DNA of 64,000 bases from a virus (Duplodnaviria > Caudoviricetes): positions 2,998 through 66,997 of IMG/VR virus record IMGVR_UViG_2588254079_000001; one strand, given 5' to 3'. Below are positions 19,391 through 29,464 of the stretch, piece after piece. Made by a program: the position numbers and the translations under genes. Positions within the stretch are counted from its first letter, which is position 1, and every line of letters begins with the position of its first letter. Below the pieces are notes generated by a model that made no database searches, had not been told where the DNA came from, and was given only the letters and a program-made list of their open reading frames with translations.

Positions 19391-19630
19391 TTTCCCTCCT
19401 GTAGCATTTCACTTACTTTCGGGCTTGATTGAAATTATGTCGCTTCAACAGGTGGCATGGCTATGTATGCAGGGTTTCACTACAAAATACGACCTCTGCG
19501 AAGCGGAGCGTGGAGATTTTGTAGTGAACCTTCAGGTTACAACCTTGCATACAATAAAGACATGGCAAATACCTTTGCGACACAATTCCCATCGGGCAGA
19601 CCGAAAGTTGATATGCGAGCATGTGGGAGT
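19391..19630. promoter_or_regulatory. Fold-back element H8, putative ssDNA promoter
   Basis: ACTTTCGG/CCGAAAGT, GTATGCAGGGTT/AACCTTGCATAC and TTCACTACAAAAT/ATTTTGTAGTGAA arms; TACCTTTG at 19570-19577. Confidence 0.7.
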
Positions 19631-20294
19631 TTGCTCGGTACGGATGTGTGTAAAAGGTGGCTATGAAGTAAAAGAGTATCGCAGCGAAAAGAGAAAAGAG
19701 GCAAGAGCTTATCTTCTCTTTTGGCTGTATGGGTAGAATGGGAAAATCACAAAAAGTAACATGAAAATCCAGTTTGGTTTAGTTTGTTAGCCTTATATAT
19801 GCTAAACTAAATTAAACTAAATATAGGCAGGCATTTTTGGCTGCCTGTACAAAAAAGATTATCTTTGCTACAAGCAATACAACTTCAAGAGATAATAATT
19901 TGTATTCTCTTTATGAGCTGCAAATAATTTGTTAGTTAAAGTTAGGAGCAAATTCTTCGAATGATGAGAGCAGATAAAATTGCTCGGAATGCACTCTGAA
20001 AGCAAACAAACGAAAAGAAAGAAACAGAGTGCAAATAGAAAAATGAGAAATCACTTTAATTCCTATTTTTGTTCCTTATTTGTTTCTTCATTAAAATCAC
20101 CTTTCTTATAACATATTGATTATAAAATATTTAAGTATGTATTTTTAAGATGGTTAAGAATATTGCCAATAATAATCAAACTATTTATGACAATTAGTGA
20201 CGTTTGATGAAGTCTGATGTCACTCTTGTCATTTTCTGATAATACATAATCAGTAAACATTACCTTTGCTTACGAACAGTTAAACATATGGCTT

Positions 20295-20978
20295 ATGTAT
20301 TTGAAGAAATTTGAATATTTTATTTTAGATTCCAGTGTAGCTGGAACATTACTTCTTATAGCACTTGCTATACGCATTGAAGCAGTCAATGCAGGCTTTG
20401 ATCAATTCAGCTCAAATATTATTTTTATATCGGTCTTTATAATATCTACAGGATTATATATATCAATGCAAATTGCATTATACGAGATAATTATATATTT
20501 ATGTCATCATAGCAAATCTTTGTCTATCCATGAACATCTTAATGATTCTGTGATTGAACCAGAACAAGCATTTATGGAATATGAAAAACTCCGTTCGAAT
20601 ACTATTATAGAACAGAAACGTACGAACGATAAAAAGCTAGAGTTAGTACATATATACATCCATCAAACGATGGCTGCTTATACAAGCCAAGAAAATCTGC
20701 AGCGCCTCTGTGCTTATATTTCAGATTTCTTTCAGGATAAAACTGCTATAGATATTATTCCTATAAAAGTAGATTCAAAATTGAAAGCTATAGATGTTAT
20801 GCATTTGGGTTGGAACATAGGTAAAGCATTAGGTAAACGACGTTCATATACAGCAGAATTCATTAAAAAAGTATTTGCTGATACCATGAAAGAAAATGAA
20901 ATCAACACGATAATCAAAAAGATGTCTCACTCAGAAACAGAATGCCTGATTAAATTAAATCCAGATATAATTCAATAA
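20295..20978 (+). CDS. Hypothetical protein with two N-terminal TM segments (mobile-element type)
   Basis: 227 aa, DVMHLGWNIG motif; TACCTTTG promoter upstream. Confidence 0.7.
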   Translation: MYLKKFEYFILDSSVAGTLLLIALAIRIEAVNAGFDQFSSNIIFISVFIISTGLYISMQIALYEIIIYLCHHSKSLSIHEHLNDSVIEPEQAFMEYEKLRSNTIIEQKRTNDKKLELVHIYIHQTMAAYTSQENLQRLCAYISDFFQDKTAIDIIPIKVDSKLKAIDVMHLGWNIGKALGKRRSYTAEFIKKVFADTMKENEINTIIKKMSHSETECLIKLNPDIIQ

Positions 20979-21044
20979 ATCAGACTTTATATTCATAAAT
21001 ATTGCATCAACAAATATTAATCCTCAAAAGCAAAAACAGATACT

Positions 21045-21419
21045 ATGACAAAAGAACCTATCACATTCGACAAGCTTCCGCAGGCTGTAAGCTATTTAAC
21101 AGAACAAGTAGAGAAAATTTATCAATTAGTTGAAACCTTACAAACACAGAAACCGGATAATCAGCATCAACTAATTGACATAGATAAGGCTAGCATACTT
21201 ATCCAAAAATCAAAACCGACAATCTATAGACTTGCTCGTACAGGTCTCATCCCAGCCTATAAACGTGGTAAAAAATTATATTTCTATGAGGACGAGCTTC
21301 TTAAATGGATAGAGGCTGGCAAAAAACAAAGCCAACCTCTATCCTATCAGGAACAATCTGTTCAAATACTTAAGGGGATGAAACGCAAACCTAGAAATGG
21401 AGTTAATATTGGTCTCTGA
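21045..21419 (+). CDS. HTH_17 excisionase-family protein
   Basis: ITFDKLPQAV...SKPTIYRL...IPAYKRGKKLYF. Confidence 0.85.
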   Translation: MTKEPITFDKLPQAVSYLTEQVEKIYQLVETLQTQKPDNQHQLIDIDKASILIQKSKPTIYRLARTGLIPAYKRGKKLYFYEDELLKWIEAGKKQSQPLSYQEQSVQILKGMKRKPRNGVNIGL

Positions 21420-21752
21420 TAATAGTAAATTACGAAAGAATACCATAGATTGACAAACAAACTCTTTTAATCAGAACCGATATTTAGTGTGCGATAAAAT
21501 CTAATATCAAGCAGAAATTATAGAAGCACCTCTATCAAATAACTTATATAGTAACTTTAATATAAGACATAATCTAACCATAACGGCATTAAATCAATAC
21601 TAACAATCACTACTGTTCTATAAATGTTAGCAAATAGATCTTTGAAATTGCTAAAATACAAGTTTTTAAGTAATGTTTTAGAATGGTAATCATCCGATAA
21701 AATACACATTATTAAAGCCCTCCACTCTTCCGTTACTTTGCCAATAAAAAAC

Positions 21753-22091
21753 ATGAAACGAATAATGAGTAAAGAAGAGTTCCTGTCCGTTTATGAAAGA
21801 CAACAGGCCAGTGGCCTAACCATAAAAGATTTCTGTGAGAATGAGGCCTATTCATCCTCCTGTTTCCATTATTGGAAGAAGAAATTCAGCCTGAGCCATA
21901 CGGACAAGCTTCCTGATGATACATTCATTCCATTGGATCTGCGTCGCAGTGGCAATCTCCCGTCAGGTGCGGGTGGCGACGTAACGATAGAGCTTCCTTC
22001 CGGAATCAGAATCCACCTTGACAGCCATGGAAACCCTGAACTGACATTTGGATTGATACACAAATTATGCAGCCATATTCTGTCTGAATGA
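21753..22091 (+). CDS. tnpA: IS66 accessory protein TnpA
   Basis: SGLTIKDFC...FHYWKKK...IELPSGIRI. Confidence 0.8.
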   Translation: MKRIMSKEEFLSVYERQQASGLTIKDFCENEAYSSSCFHYWKKKFSLSHTDKLPDDTFIPLDLRRSGNLPSGAGGDVTIELPSGIRIHLDSHGNPELTFGLIHKLCSHILSE

Positions 22092-22095
22092 TACC

Positions 22096-22443
22096 ATGCG
22101 CTATTTCCTGTGTCCCGGAAAGACGGACATGCGCAAGGGAATCAATTCTCTGTGCGGAGTGGTTCACGACCGGATGGGACATGACGTTCGTCTGAGCGAT
22201 GTCTTCATCTTCATAAACAGAAGCAGGAGCACCATGAAGCTCCTCCATGCTGAAGACGGCGGCATGGTATTGTATGTGAAACGTCTGGAAGAGGGCACGT
22301 TCCGGCTGCCGGCCTATGACAGCCGGAGCAGGTCTTATCCGATGGAATGGCGCGACTTGGTCATGATGGTGGAAGGAATCAGTGACAATCCGAACGAGAG
22401 GCTGAAAAGGTTAAAAGCCAGTAGAATGGATGGCTTCTATTGA
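22096..22443 (+). CDS. tnpB: IS66 accessory protein TnpB
   Basis: TDMRKGINSL, VFIFIN, KRLEEGTF; the expected coupled start at 22075 reads ATA. Confidence 0.85.
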   Translation: MRYFLCPGKTDMRKGINSLCGVVHDRMGHDVRLSDVFIFINRSRSTMKLLHAEDGGMVLYVKRLEEGTFRLPAYDSRSRSYPMEWRDLVMMVEGISDNPNERLKRLKASRMDGFY

Positions 22444-22518
22444 AAGTTTTTTTTATGTATCCGATTGCGTATCTACCGAAAAATCAGTATTTTACATCAT
22501 ATAAAGAGATAGAAACGG

Positions 22519-23904
22519 ATGATTCAGCAGGATACAATGGAACAGATAATCAGGAGTCAGCAGGAGCAGATAGCCGATCTCCTGAAAACTAACCGTTCCC
22601 TTGTCGAATCCAACGGGAAACTGCTGGAACAGACGGATGCGCTGCAACGGAAGATACAGGAACTGCTTTCACAGATAGCATGGCTGAACCGTCAGCTTTT
22701 CGGGCGGAGAAGTGATAAGCTGGCAGCCCTGGATTCCAACCAGCTCTCCCTGTTCGATCCCGTTCCTGCAACCGGACAGAATGAAAACATCCGGGAAGAG
22801 GACAGTAGCGCAGCGGTTCCTTCAAAAGTAAAGCCCGATGGAAAGAAGAAGGAATCCCGACGTAACCGCGAACTCCTGGAGGGACTGCCGGTAGTTGAAG
22901 TGGTGATTGAACCTGACCGGATGGATTGGGACCGTTACAGACGGATTGGCGAGGAACATACCCGTATGCTGGAATTTGAACCGGGCAGGTTGTATGTAAA
23001 GGAGACTGTCCGTCCCAAATATGGGCTGAAAGACAACCTGAGTCTTCCCGGGGAAGGTGAATGCGGCGTAATCATTGCTCCGCTTCCACCTTCTCCTGTT
23101 TACAAATGTCTGGTCGGTTTCCACCATGCTGGCCGAAATGCTCCTGCTGAAATACGAATATCACGTTCCATTCTACAGGCAGGTCAAGGAGTTCCGCCAT
23201 CTGGGTGTCCGTCTTTCCGAAAGCATACTGATCGGCTGGTTCAAGCCTGTGTATGAACTGCTGAGACCACTTTATGACGAGCTGGTCCGGCAGATTATCG
23301 GCTACTGGTATGTTCAGGCGGGCGGGACCACTGTAAGAGTTATCAGCAAGGGAAAGGCCGACAAAGAGTATCTATGGATGCTCAAGGCGGTCATGGAAAA
23401 GCTGGTCATTTTCCATGACGATAACGGCTCCCGGGAATATACGCTGGAAAAACAGCGTAAACTGTGGAACCGTCAGTCCCCACACCCCTGCAGGATTTCT
23501 TTGAAAAGTGGATGAAAAGCACATATAATCAAAGTTCCGCCCAAAAGCCGGAAGGGACAAGCTATCTCCTATGTATATCCGTTATGGTCAAGAATGAAGA
23601 CCTGTCTCAAAGTCAGCAATATAAAGATAGACAATAATCTGTCTGAAAACGCGATACTCTTCTGACGCTCTCAAGAAAGAACTTTCTCTTCTGTGAAAAT
23701 CATGAAGCCGCGGAAAATACAGCGCTCATCTGTTCATTGCTTGCCACCTGCAAGGCACAGGAAGTCAATCCAAGAGAATGGCTGAATTATGCCATTGCTA
23801 GGCTTCCCTATTATCAAGGAAAAGACTCCGGCAGAGATATCCGAGAACTACTTCCGGATGTCTGGAAGTTGAAGAAGTCCAACGAAAATTCAATTGAAAT
23901 CTAA
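22519..23904 (+). pseudogene. tnpC: IS66 transposase TnpC, frameshifted and internally deleted
   Basis: LFGRRSDK leucine-zipper start; frame change near 23115; DNNLSEN and SLLATCK..NPREWL remnants in different frames. Confidence 0.85.
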
Positions 23905-24264
23905 TATAATAGCAAACTCTTCCTGTCAACTTTATATTCGTTAATAAGAAGAGTTTGTTGTTCTATGAATCTACAATGTGTACTTTATCGGATGCTTTTA
24001 CTAACAACAGATACGAATTTAAGTTATAAAAGAAAATATTTTTGTATTTTAAATAGTGATTTCTTCTGTTTTTGTCGTCAAACTTTATTATAGGTGAAAA
24101 GACCTAAAGTGACATAAACCAACTAATTCACAAAACTCCGTTCATGAATTAATTGGTTCATTTTATACAATTTAGGGTTACTAAACTAGGCGAATTTATA
24201 CTAGCATGAAAACATTAAGGAATTTATCTTATATTCAGTTATAATTCTTTTCTATAAATTCTAA

Positions 24265-24740
24265 TCAATACAAAAGCATTGACTCACTTTGAAATTCTAA
24301 ATCCTTTTTTCCACTATTATTAATTGTTTCTACAATACTATTTTGTATTACTTTTATAAGTACTCTCATTACAGGTATTAAATCTTTGTATTCCGAAATA
24401 TTATTAGGTGTGAAATGTATTTCGCTTTCTTTACTATGAACGATACAACATCGTATCTTATATATTAATTCAGCCACATTACTTGGATTAGAAATATTCT
24501 GATTTGTTAGGCCAAGTATGGATTTTATTTGCCTAGTTAAGGTTTGATTAAGATATTTACTTAGTTTTATATTATTAGTTTGAATGGGTTCTACAAGATT
24601 CTTAACTTCAGTGTTGTGAATACTATTAAATACTTTCGCAAATAAATCTTGTAATGACTTCAATTCTCCTTTAGATATAGTATCTACAGTATGCCTAACA
24701 TTAGATATAAAAGAGTTTCTTGTAGCTTGTCCTTTTGTCA
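24265..24740 (-). pseudogene. 3' fragment of an AT-rich HEPN-like gene
   Basis: IYKIRCCIVH (Rx4H) near the C-terminus; 5' end abuts GC-richer topB sequence at ~24740. Confidence 0.55.
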
Positions 24741-26269
24741 GATGGATACCGGACATTGATGCCGTGCTCCAGTTTAAAGTAATCGAGAGAGTGTTTCAGG
24801 CATGCGATACCATCATTGCGGCTACCGATGCCAGCCGTGACGGGGAAATGACATTCCGCTATGTCTATCAATACCTGAACTGTACACAGCCTTGCTTCCG
24901 TCTGTGGATTTCCTCTCTTACCGACGAGTCTGTGCGTAAAGGCATGGAAAACCTGAAGCCGGACAGTTGCTACGACAGCCTGTTCCTTTCTGCCGACAGC
25001 CGCAACAAGGCGGACTGGATTCTCGGAATCAACGCCAGCTATGCCATGTGCAAGGCGACTGGCCTTGGCAACAATTCCCTCGGACGGGTGCAGACACCGG
25101 TACTGGCTGCCATCAGCAGACGCTACCGTGAAAGGGAGAACCATATTTCATCGGACAGCTGGCCCATCTACATCAGCCTGCAAAAGGACGGCATTCTCTT
25201 CAAGATGCGCCGCACACAGGATCTTCCCGACAAAGAATCCGCAACAATGTTTTTTCAGGACTGCAAGCTGGCACATCAGGCACAGATCACAGGTATCAGT
25301 CACAGCGTAAAGGAAATACTTCCACCGGATCTGCTTGACCTGACACAGCTTCAGAAGGAAGCGAACATCCGCTATGGTTTTACCGCATCAGAGGTGTATG
25401 ACATCGCCCAGTCTCTTTATGAAAAGAAACTGATTTCCTATCCGCGGACTTCCAGCCGTTATCTGACGGAGGATGTGTTTGACTCGCTTCCACCAATCAT
25501 GGCGTGTCTGCTATCATGGGAGCTGTTCCCTGCAGCTAAAGGAACTGGAGGTATTGACATATCCAATTTGTCCCGCCACGTAATAAGCGCAGAAAAAGCC
25601 AATGTACATCATGCCATCATCATTACAGGTATCCGTCCCGGAAATCTGTCCGAAAAGGAAATGCAGGTTTACAGACTTGTAGCCGGAAGGATGCTTGAAA
25701 CATTCATGGCTCCATGCCGCATAGAAACGACAAATGTTGAAGCGGTTTGTGCCGCACAGCATTTCAAGGCCGAACAAACAAGAATCATTGAAGCCGGCTG
25801 GCATGACGTGTTCATGCGTTACGACATGATCCCGACATCGGGATATTCCGTCAAAGAACTCCCCGAAGTGGAGAAAGGTGATACTCTGAATGTATGCGGA
25901 TGCAACATGGTACACAAAAAAGAGCTGCCGGTAGATCCGTTCACGGATGCAGAACTGGTGGAATACATGGAGCTGAACGGACTGGGCACGGTATCCTCAC
26001 GTACCAATATCATCCGTACACTGGTTAACCGTAAGTATATCCGTTATTCAGGGAAATATATCGTTCCGACCCCGAAAGGCATGTTCACCTACGAAACCAT
26101 CCGTGGAAAGAAAATTGCGGATACTTCACTCACCGCAGACTGGGAAAAACAGCTGGCCGGACTTGAAAGCGGAATGATAACCGGACAGGACTTCCTGAAC
26201 AGGATCAGGACTCTCGCCAAGGAAATGACTGATGACATTTTCAATACCTATTCCACAAAAGAAGAATAA
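24740..26269 (+). pseudogene. topB: Type IA DNA topoisomerase (TopB/Exc-like), 5'-truncated
   Basis: AATDASRDGE, SLGRVQTP, LYEKKLISYPRT, HHAII and GLGTVSSR motifs; the N-terminal TOPRIM start is missing. Confidence 0.8.
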
Positions 26270-26293
26270 CATCCATATCAATATAACCATAAG

Positions 26294-26322
26294 AATGCAG
26301 GCCGGAAGGTCTGCATTTTTTT
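26294..26322 (+). terminator. Intrinsic terminator after topB
   Basis: AATGCAGGCC-GGAA-GGTCTGCATT followed by a T run. Confidence 0.75.
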
Positions 26323-26340
26323 GTATCCGTACAGAAAAGA

Positions 26341-26526
26341 ATCTGTTTTTCCGCTTTTAAGCGGCAAAGGTCTTGGATTGCCTGCCTTTTGCCGCAAGGC
26401 TGCCCTCAAGGGCTTGGCTGGACAGAAAAAAATCATCCTCGCTACGCTCCGGTATTTTTTCCTGCCAGGCCTTGCGCAAAAAGGCAATCCAAGAGGCCGG
26501 AGGCCTATAAAATCGGGAAAACACAT
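26341..26526. promoter_or_regulatory. Fold-back element H9, opposite polarity, upstream of the PRTRC operon
   Basis: TCTTGGATTGCCT/AGGCAATCCAAGA and GCAAGGC/GCCTTGC arms; GACCTTTG on the minus strand at 26365-26372; GAGCGTAGCG motif on minus. Confidence 0.65.
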
Positions 26527-26561
26527 CCCGATGGGATTATTCATTCATAAAATTAAGGATT

Positions 26562-26777
26562 ATGAAACTACAGATTATCGAAAGTATCAGCAAGCATGCG
26601 GTAACCCTGGTACTGGTTATCGGAATACTTATGCTGACAGACAAAGGTATCATGCCTACAGGTATGATTGCAATGCTCCTGCTCACCGGAGGAATCATAG
26701 GATTTCTTTTCAGAGCTCTTCTACTGATTGTAAGGATAGCATTTATCTTTTTCATTGTCGGACTCCTGTTTTTCTAA
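26562..26777 (+). CDS. Small membrane protein
   Basis: 71 aa, almost entirely hydrophobic. Confidence 0.7.
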   Translation: MKLQIIESISKHAVTLVLVIGILMLTDKGIMPTGMIAMLLLTGGIIGFLFRALLLIVRIAFIFFIVGLLFF

Positions 26778-26795
26778 CCAATAAAACCAACAGAT

Positions 26796-27005
26796 ATGAA
26801 AACAAGTACATGTATATCTTCTGCTCCTGTCATGCCGGCTGTATGGCCACAGAGTGAACATATCAGACCAGTCAAAAGACGTCTGCCCAATACAGTTGAT
26901 GAGCCTAAAAACATCGGCTATTATCTGGAATCTCTGCGTGATATTTCCAGCAATCCTGACAGAGAGAATGTCCTGAAAGAATTCTTCAAGGAAACTTATG
27001 TATAA
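26796..27005 (+). CDS. Hypothetical protein
   Basis: 69-aa ORF in an operon. Confidence 0.65.
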   Translation: MKTSTCISSAPVMPAVWPQSEHIRPVKRRLPNTVDEPKNIGYYLESLRDISSNPDRENVLKEFFKETYV

Positions 27006-27023
27006 CCATAAAATTTTTCAATT

Positions 27024-28046
27024 ATGTTTTTTCAATCAATTTATCAGATGATTACAGCAGGTACGGATCTGAATATCAATATCCGTAAAGTGGACAACAA
27101 CCTGAGTGTGGCAGTCATGCCAAGGCGGAACAGCCTGAAAGAGGATACGCGGCAAAACATGGTGCCACTGGTCGTAAACGGAACACCGGCAGAATTGGAT
27201 ATGGGCTTCCTGCAGACCATACTCCAACCGATACAGAAGGTACAGGGACTGCTTGTCAATGCGGAAAATTTCGAGAAACAGGCAGAAAAGGCTACATCAC
27301 AGGCCAAATCATCCAAGGCTCCAACAATACCGGCCGAATCAAAGGAAGCCAGGGAAAAACGGGAAAAGATGGAAAAACTCCTCAAGAAGGCTGATGAAGC
27401 AACTGCCGCAAAAAGGTTCTCCGAAGCAATGACATGGCTGAAACAGGCACGGGTGCTGGCTCCTTCAGAAAAACAGAAGGAGATTGACGAAAAGATGCAG
27501 GAAGTACAGAAACAGGCCAGCGAAGGAAGTCTGTTCGGTATGGCAGAGGAATCGGCGCCGGTAATTCCCCAACCACAAGGCAGCATGAACGGTCAGCCAC
27601 AGCCCGGTATGCAAACAAGCATATTCCCGGAGCAACAGACCCATACTATGAATCCTGAACCTGTCATGCAGCCTGCTCCACAACAGATTCCACAGGAAAT
27701 GCCTCAACCGGTATATGGAACGAACGGAGCATATATCCAACCTGCTCCAAACCGTCCCGTAATGCAAGGAACAGGTATGCCGCAAGGAGCTACAATGCAG
27801 CCATATCCGCAGCAGCAGGTACGGCAGCCGACAAACGGTCATATACCGAACGGAACGGTACAAGTACAGAACGGAAACGGACGGGAATACCAGACTACAC
27901 CGGCAGCCCATGATACATTCTGCTTCGATCCGGAAGACGAAAATGACAGGGAGCTTCTAAGAGAAGACCCGTATGCGGAATATCCGGATTTTCCGGCTGA
28001 GTACCGAATGAAGGACGAGGCACAGGTAGAAATGATATACTGCTGA
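27024..28046 (+). CDS. PRTRC system protein E
   Basis: MFFQSI...VPLVVNGTPAELDMGF N-terminal signature; long Q/P-rich tail. Confidence 0.85.
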   Translation: MFFQSIYQMITAGTDLNINIRKVDNNLSVAVMPRRNSLKEDTRQNMVPLVVNGTPAELDMGFLQTILQPIQKVQGLLVNAENFEKQAEKATSQAKSSKAPTIPAESKEAREKREKMEKLLKKADEATAAKRFSEAMTWLKQARVLAPSEKQKEIDEKMQEVQKQASEGSLFGMAEESAPVIPQPQGSMNGQPQPGMQTSIFPEQQTHTMNPEPVMQPAPQQIPQEMPQPVYGTNGAYIQPAPNRPVMQGTGMPQGATMQPYPQQQVRQPTNGHIPNGTVQVQNGNGREYQTTPAAHDTFCFDPEDENDRELLREDPYAEYPDFPAEYRMKDEAQVEMIYC

Positions 28047-28091
28047 TATATAAAAATAAATGACTTGTAAAACCAATAAACTATAAACAAT

Positions 28092-28313
28092 ATGGCACTG
28101 GAAATTAAAGGAATGAAAAGAGTCTTCAAAATGAGGAAGAACAGTCAGGAAACCGTACTGGACGATCCGAACGTAAACATGTCTCCGACTGAAGTGATGG
28201 ACTTCTATTCAATGAACTATCCGGAACTGACCACCGCGACCGTACACGGACCGGAAATCGAAGACGACCGGGCAGTATATGAATTCAAGACCACTATCGG
28301 AGTAAAAGGGTAA
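28092..28313 (+). CDS. PRTRC system protein C (prokaryotic ubiquitin-like)
   Basis: RVF...LDDP...EVMDFYS..YPELTTA...GVKG with C-terminal Gly. Confidence 0.9.
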   Translation: MALEIKGMKRVFKMRKNSQETVLDDPNVNMSPTEVMDFYSMNYPELTTATVHGPEIEDDRAVYEFKTTIGVKG

Positions 28314-28349
28314 GAACATGAAAAAAGAACAACGTAAAGACAAGAAACC

Positions 28350-29459
28350 ATGTACACAACTTACGGAACGGGCTTTGAAAAATTTAGCCAGACTTATCAT
28401 ATCGGAACTCGAAAATACGGACATAAGCCGGGGCATCAGGAACAGAAAGAAAAGAAGACTCCCTCCTGCAGAAAGCCTCATGGTTTTCTGAACACGAGAA
28501 TACCTTCCATCGCTCCCGATTTGTATGTTGAGAATGACAGGGATGTAACGGTAAATGTCACCACCAAAGAGAATCTTGATTTCCTGTACCGTTCAGCCAT
28601 AAAGTATGCGCAGCTCCTGGATGTGGAGCTGCCATACCATCCTGTAGGCAGGACTTCCATAAGAGAAAAAATATGCCTGCTATATAATGCATTGGATTCC
28701 ATAGTATCTCATCATGTGAATCTGGAACTTGTCGGTGACAGGCTCCAGTTCTGTATCTATCATTTCCATGAATGGCCTGATTACACCCTGTTCCTGATAC
28801 CGATAGATTTTACGGAAAGACTGAAAGGTGAAATCAAAAGGATCACACTGGAGTTCATCAGACGGTTCATCAAGTATCACAGGATGATGGATATAACCGA
28901 TACCCCTTATTTTGAGATGTCGGAAGTCTGTATCGATTATGTGGACTTTGAACAGCTTGATGAGGATGAGAAAAAGGATTTGTACAGAAAGGAAAAGCTC
29001 TTCAGGTCATATGAGAAAGGGAGAATCCATAGGAAGCTGTGCCGGATGCACTCCAGGGCTTTCTGCAGGAATCTTGAAGAACATATCCACAACTACAATC
29101 CTTCCAGCAATAAGGAAAAAAGACTTTTGGAACTGATTACTGAAGGGATGTCCCTGATTGCAAAGGACAGCCCTTATATCTTGAATTATGACTATGATTA
29201 TGCAAGCGAAAAGGAAAGGGATTTCGAACCGCCACCGCTCGAATATCAGATTCTGCTTACATATTCCATCACGGATACGGTTACCAAAGACATGGAAAGC
29301 TGTTTCAGTACTGACTGTCAGGAAACATATAATCAGACGCCCGTATCATTTACCTTCATCACACCGGAAACTGAAAAACTGTTCAGACCAGAGAATTATC
29401 CGGAACGGTTCTCAAAATGGTTTGAGAAATTTGTAGAACATGTTACCTATAATTTATAA
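28350..29459 (+). CDS. PRTRC protein F-like hypothetical protein
   Basis: Position between the C and B genes; 369 aa; start uncertain. Confidence 0.6.
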   Translation: MYTTYGTGFEKFSQTYHIGTRKYGHKPGHQEQKEKKTPSCRKPHGFLNTRIPSIAPDLYVENDRDVTVNVTTKENLDFLYRSAIKYAQLLDVELPYHPVGRTSIREKICLLYNALDSIVSHHVNLELVGDRLQFCIYHFHEWPDYTLFLIPIDFTERLKGEIKRITLEFIRRFIKYHRMMDITDTPYFEMSEVCIDYVDFEQLDEDEKKDLYRKEKLFRSYEKGRIHRKLCRMHSRAFCRNLEEHIHNYNPSSNKEKRLLELITEGMSLIAKDSPYILNYDYDYASEKERDFEPPPLEYQILLTYSITDTVTKDMESCFSTDCQETYNQTPVSFTFITPETEKLFRPENYPERFSKWFEKFVEHVTYNL

Positions 29460-29464
29460 ACATC

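Larger units (their letters stand above)
21686..24001 (+). mobile_element. Degenerate IS66-family element
   Basis: Imperfect terminal IRs GTAATCATCCGATAAAATACACATT and (reverse complement) GTAAAAGCATCCGATAAAGTACACATT flank tnpA-tnpB-tnpC; no target duplication seen. Confidence 0.85.

Noticed and set aside
27560-27900. Q/P-rich repeats in PRTRC protein E
   Set aside because: Degenerate low-complexity linker rather than a DNA repeat array.
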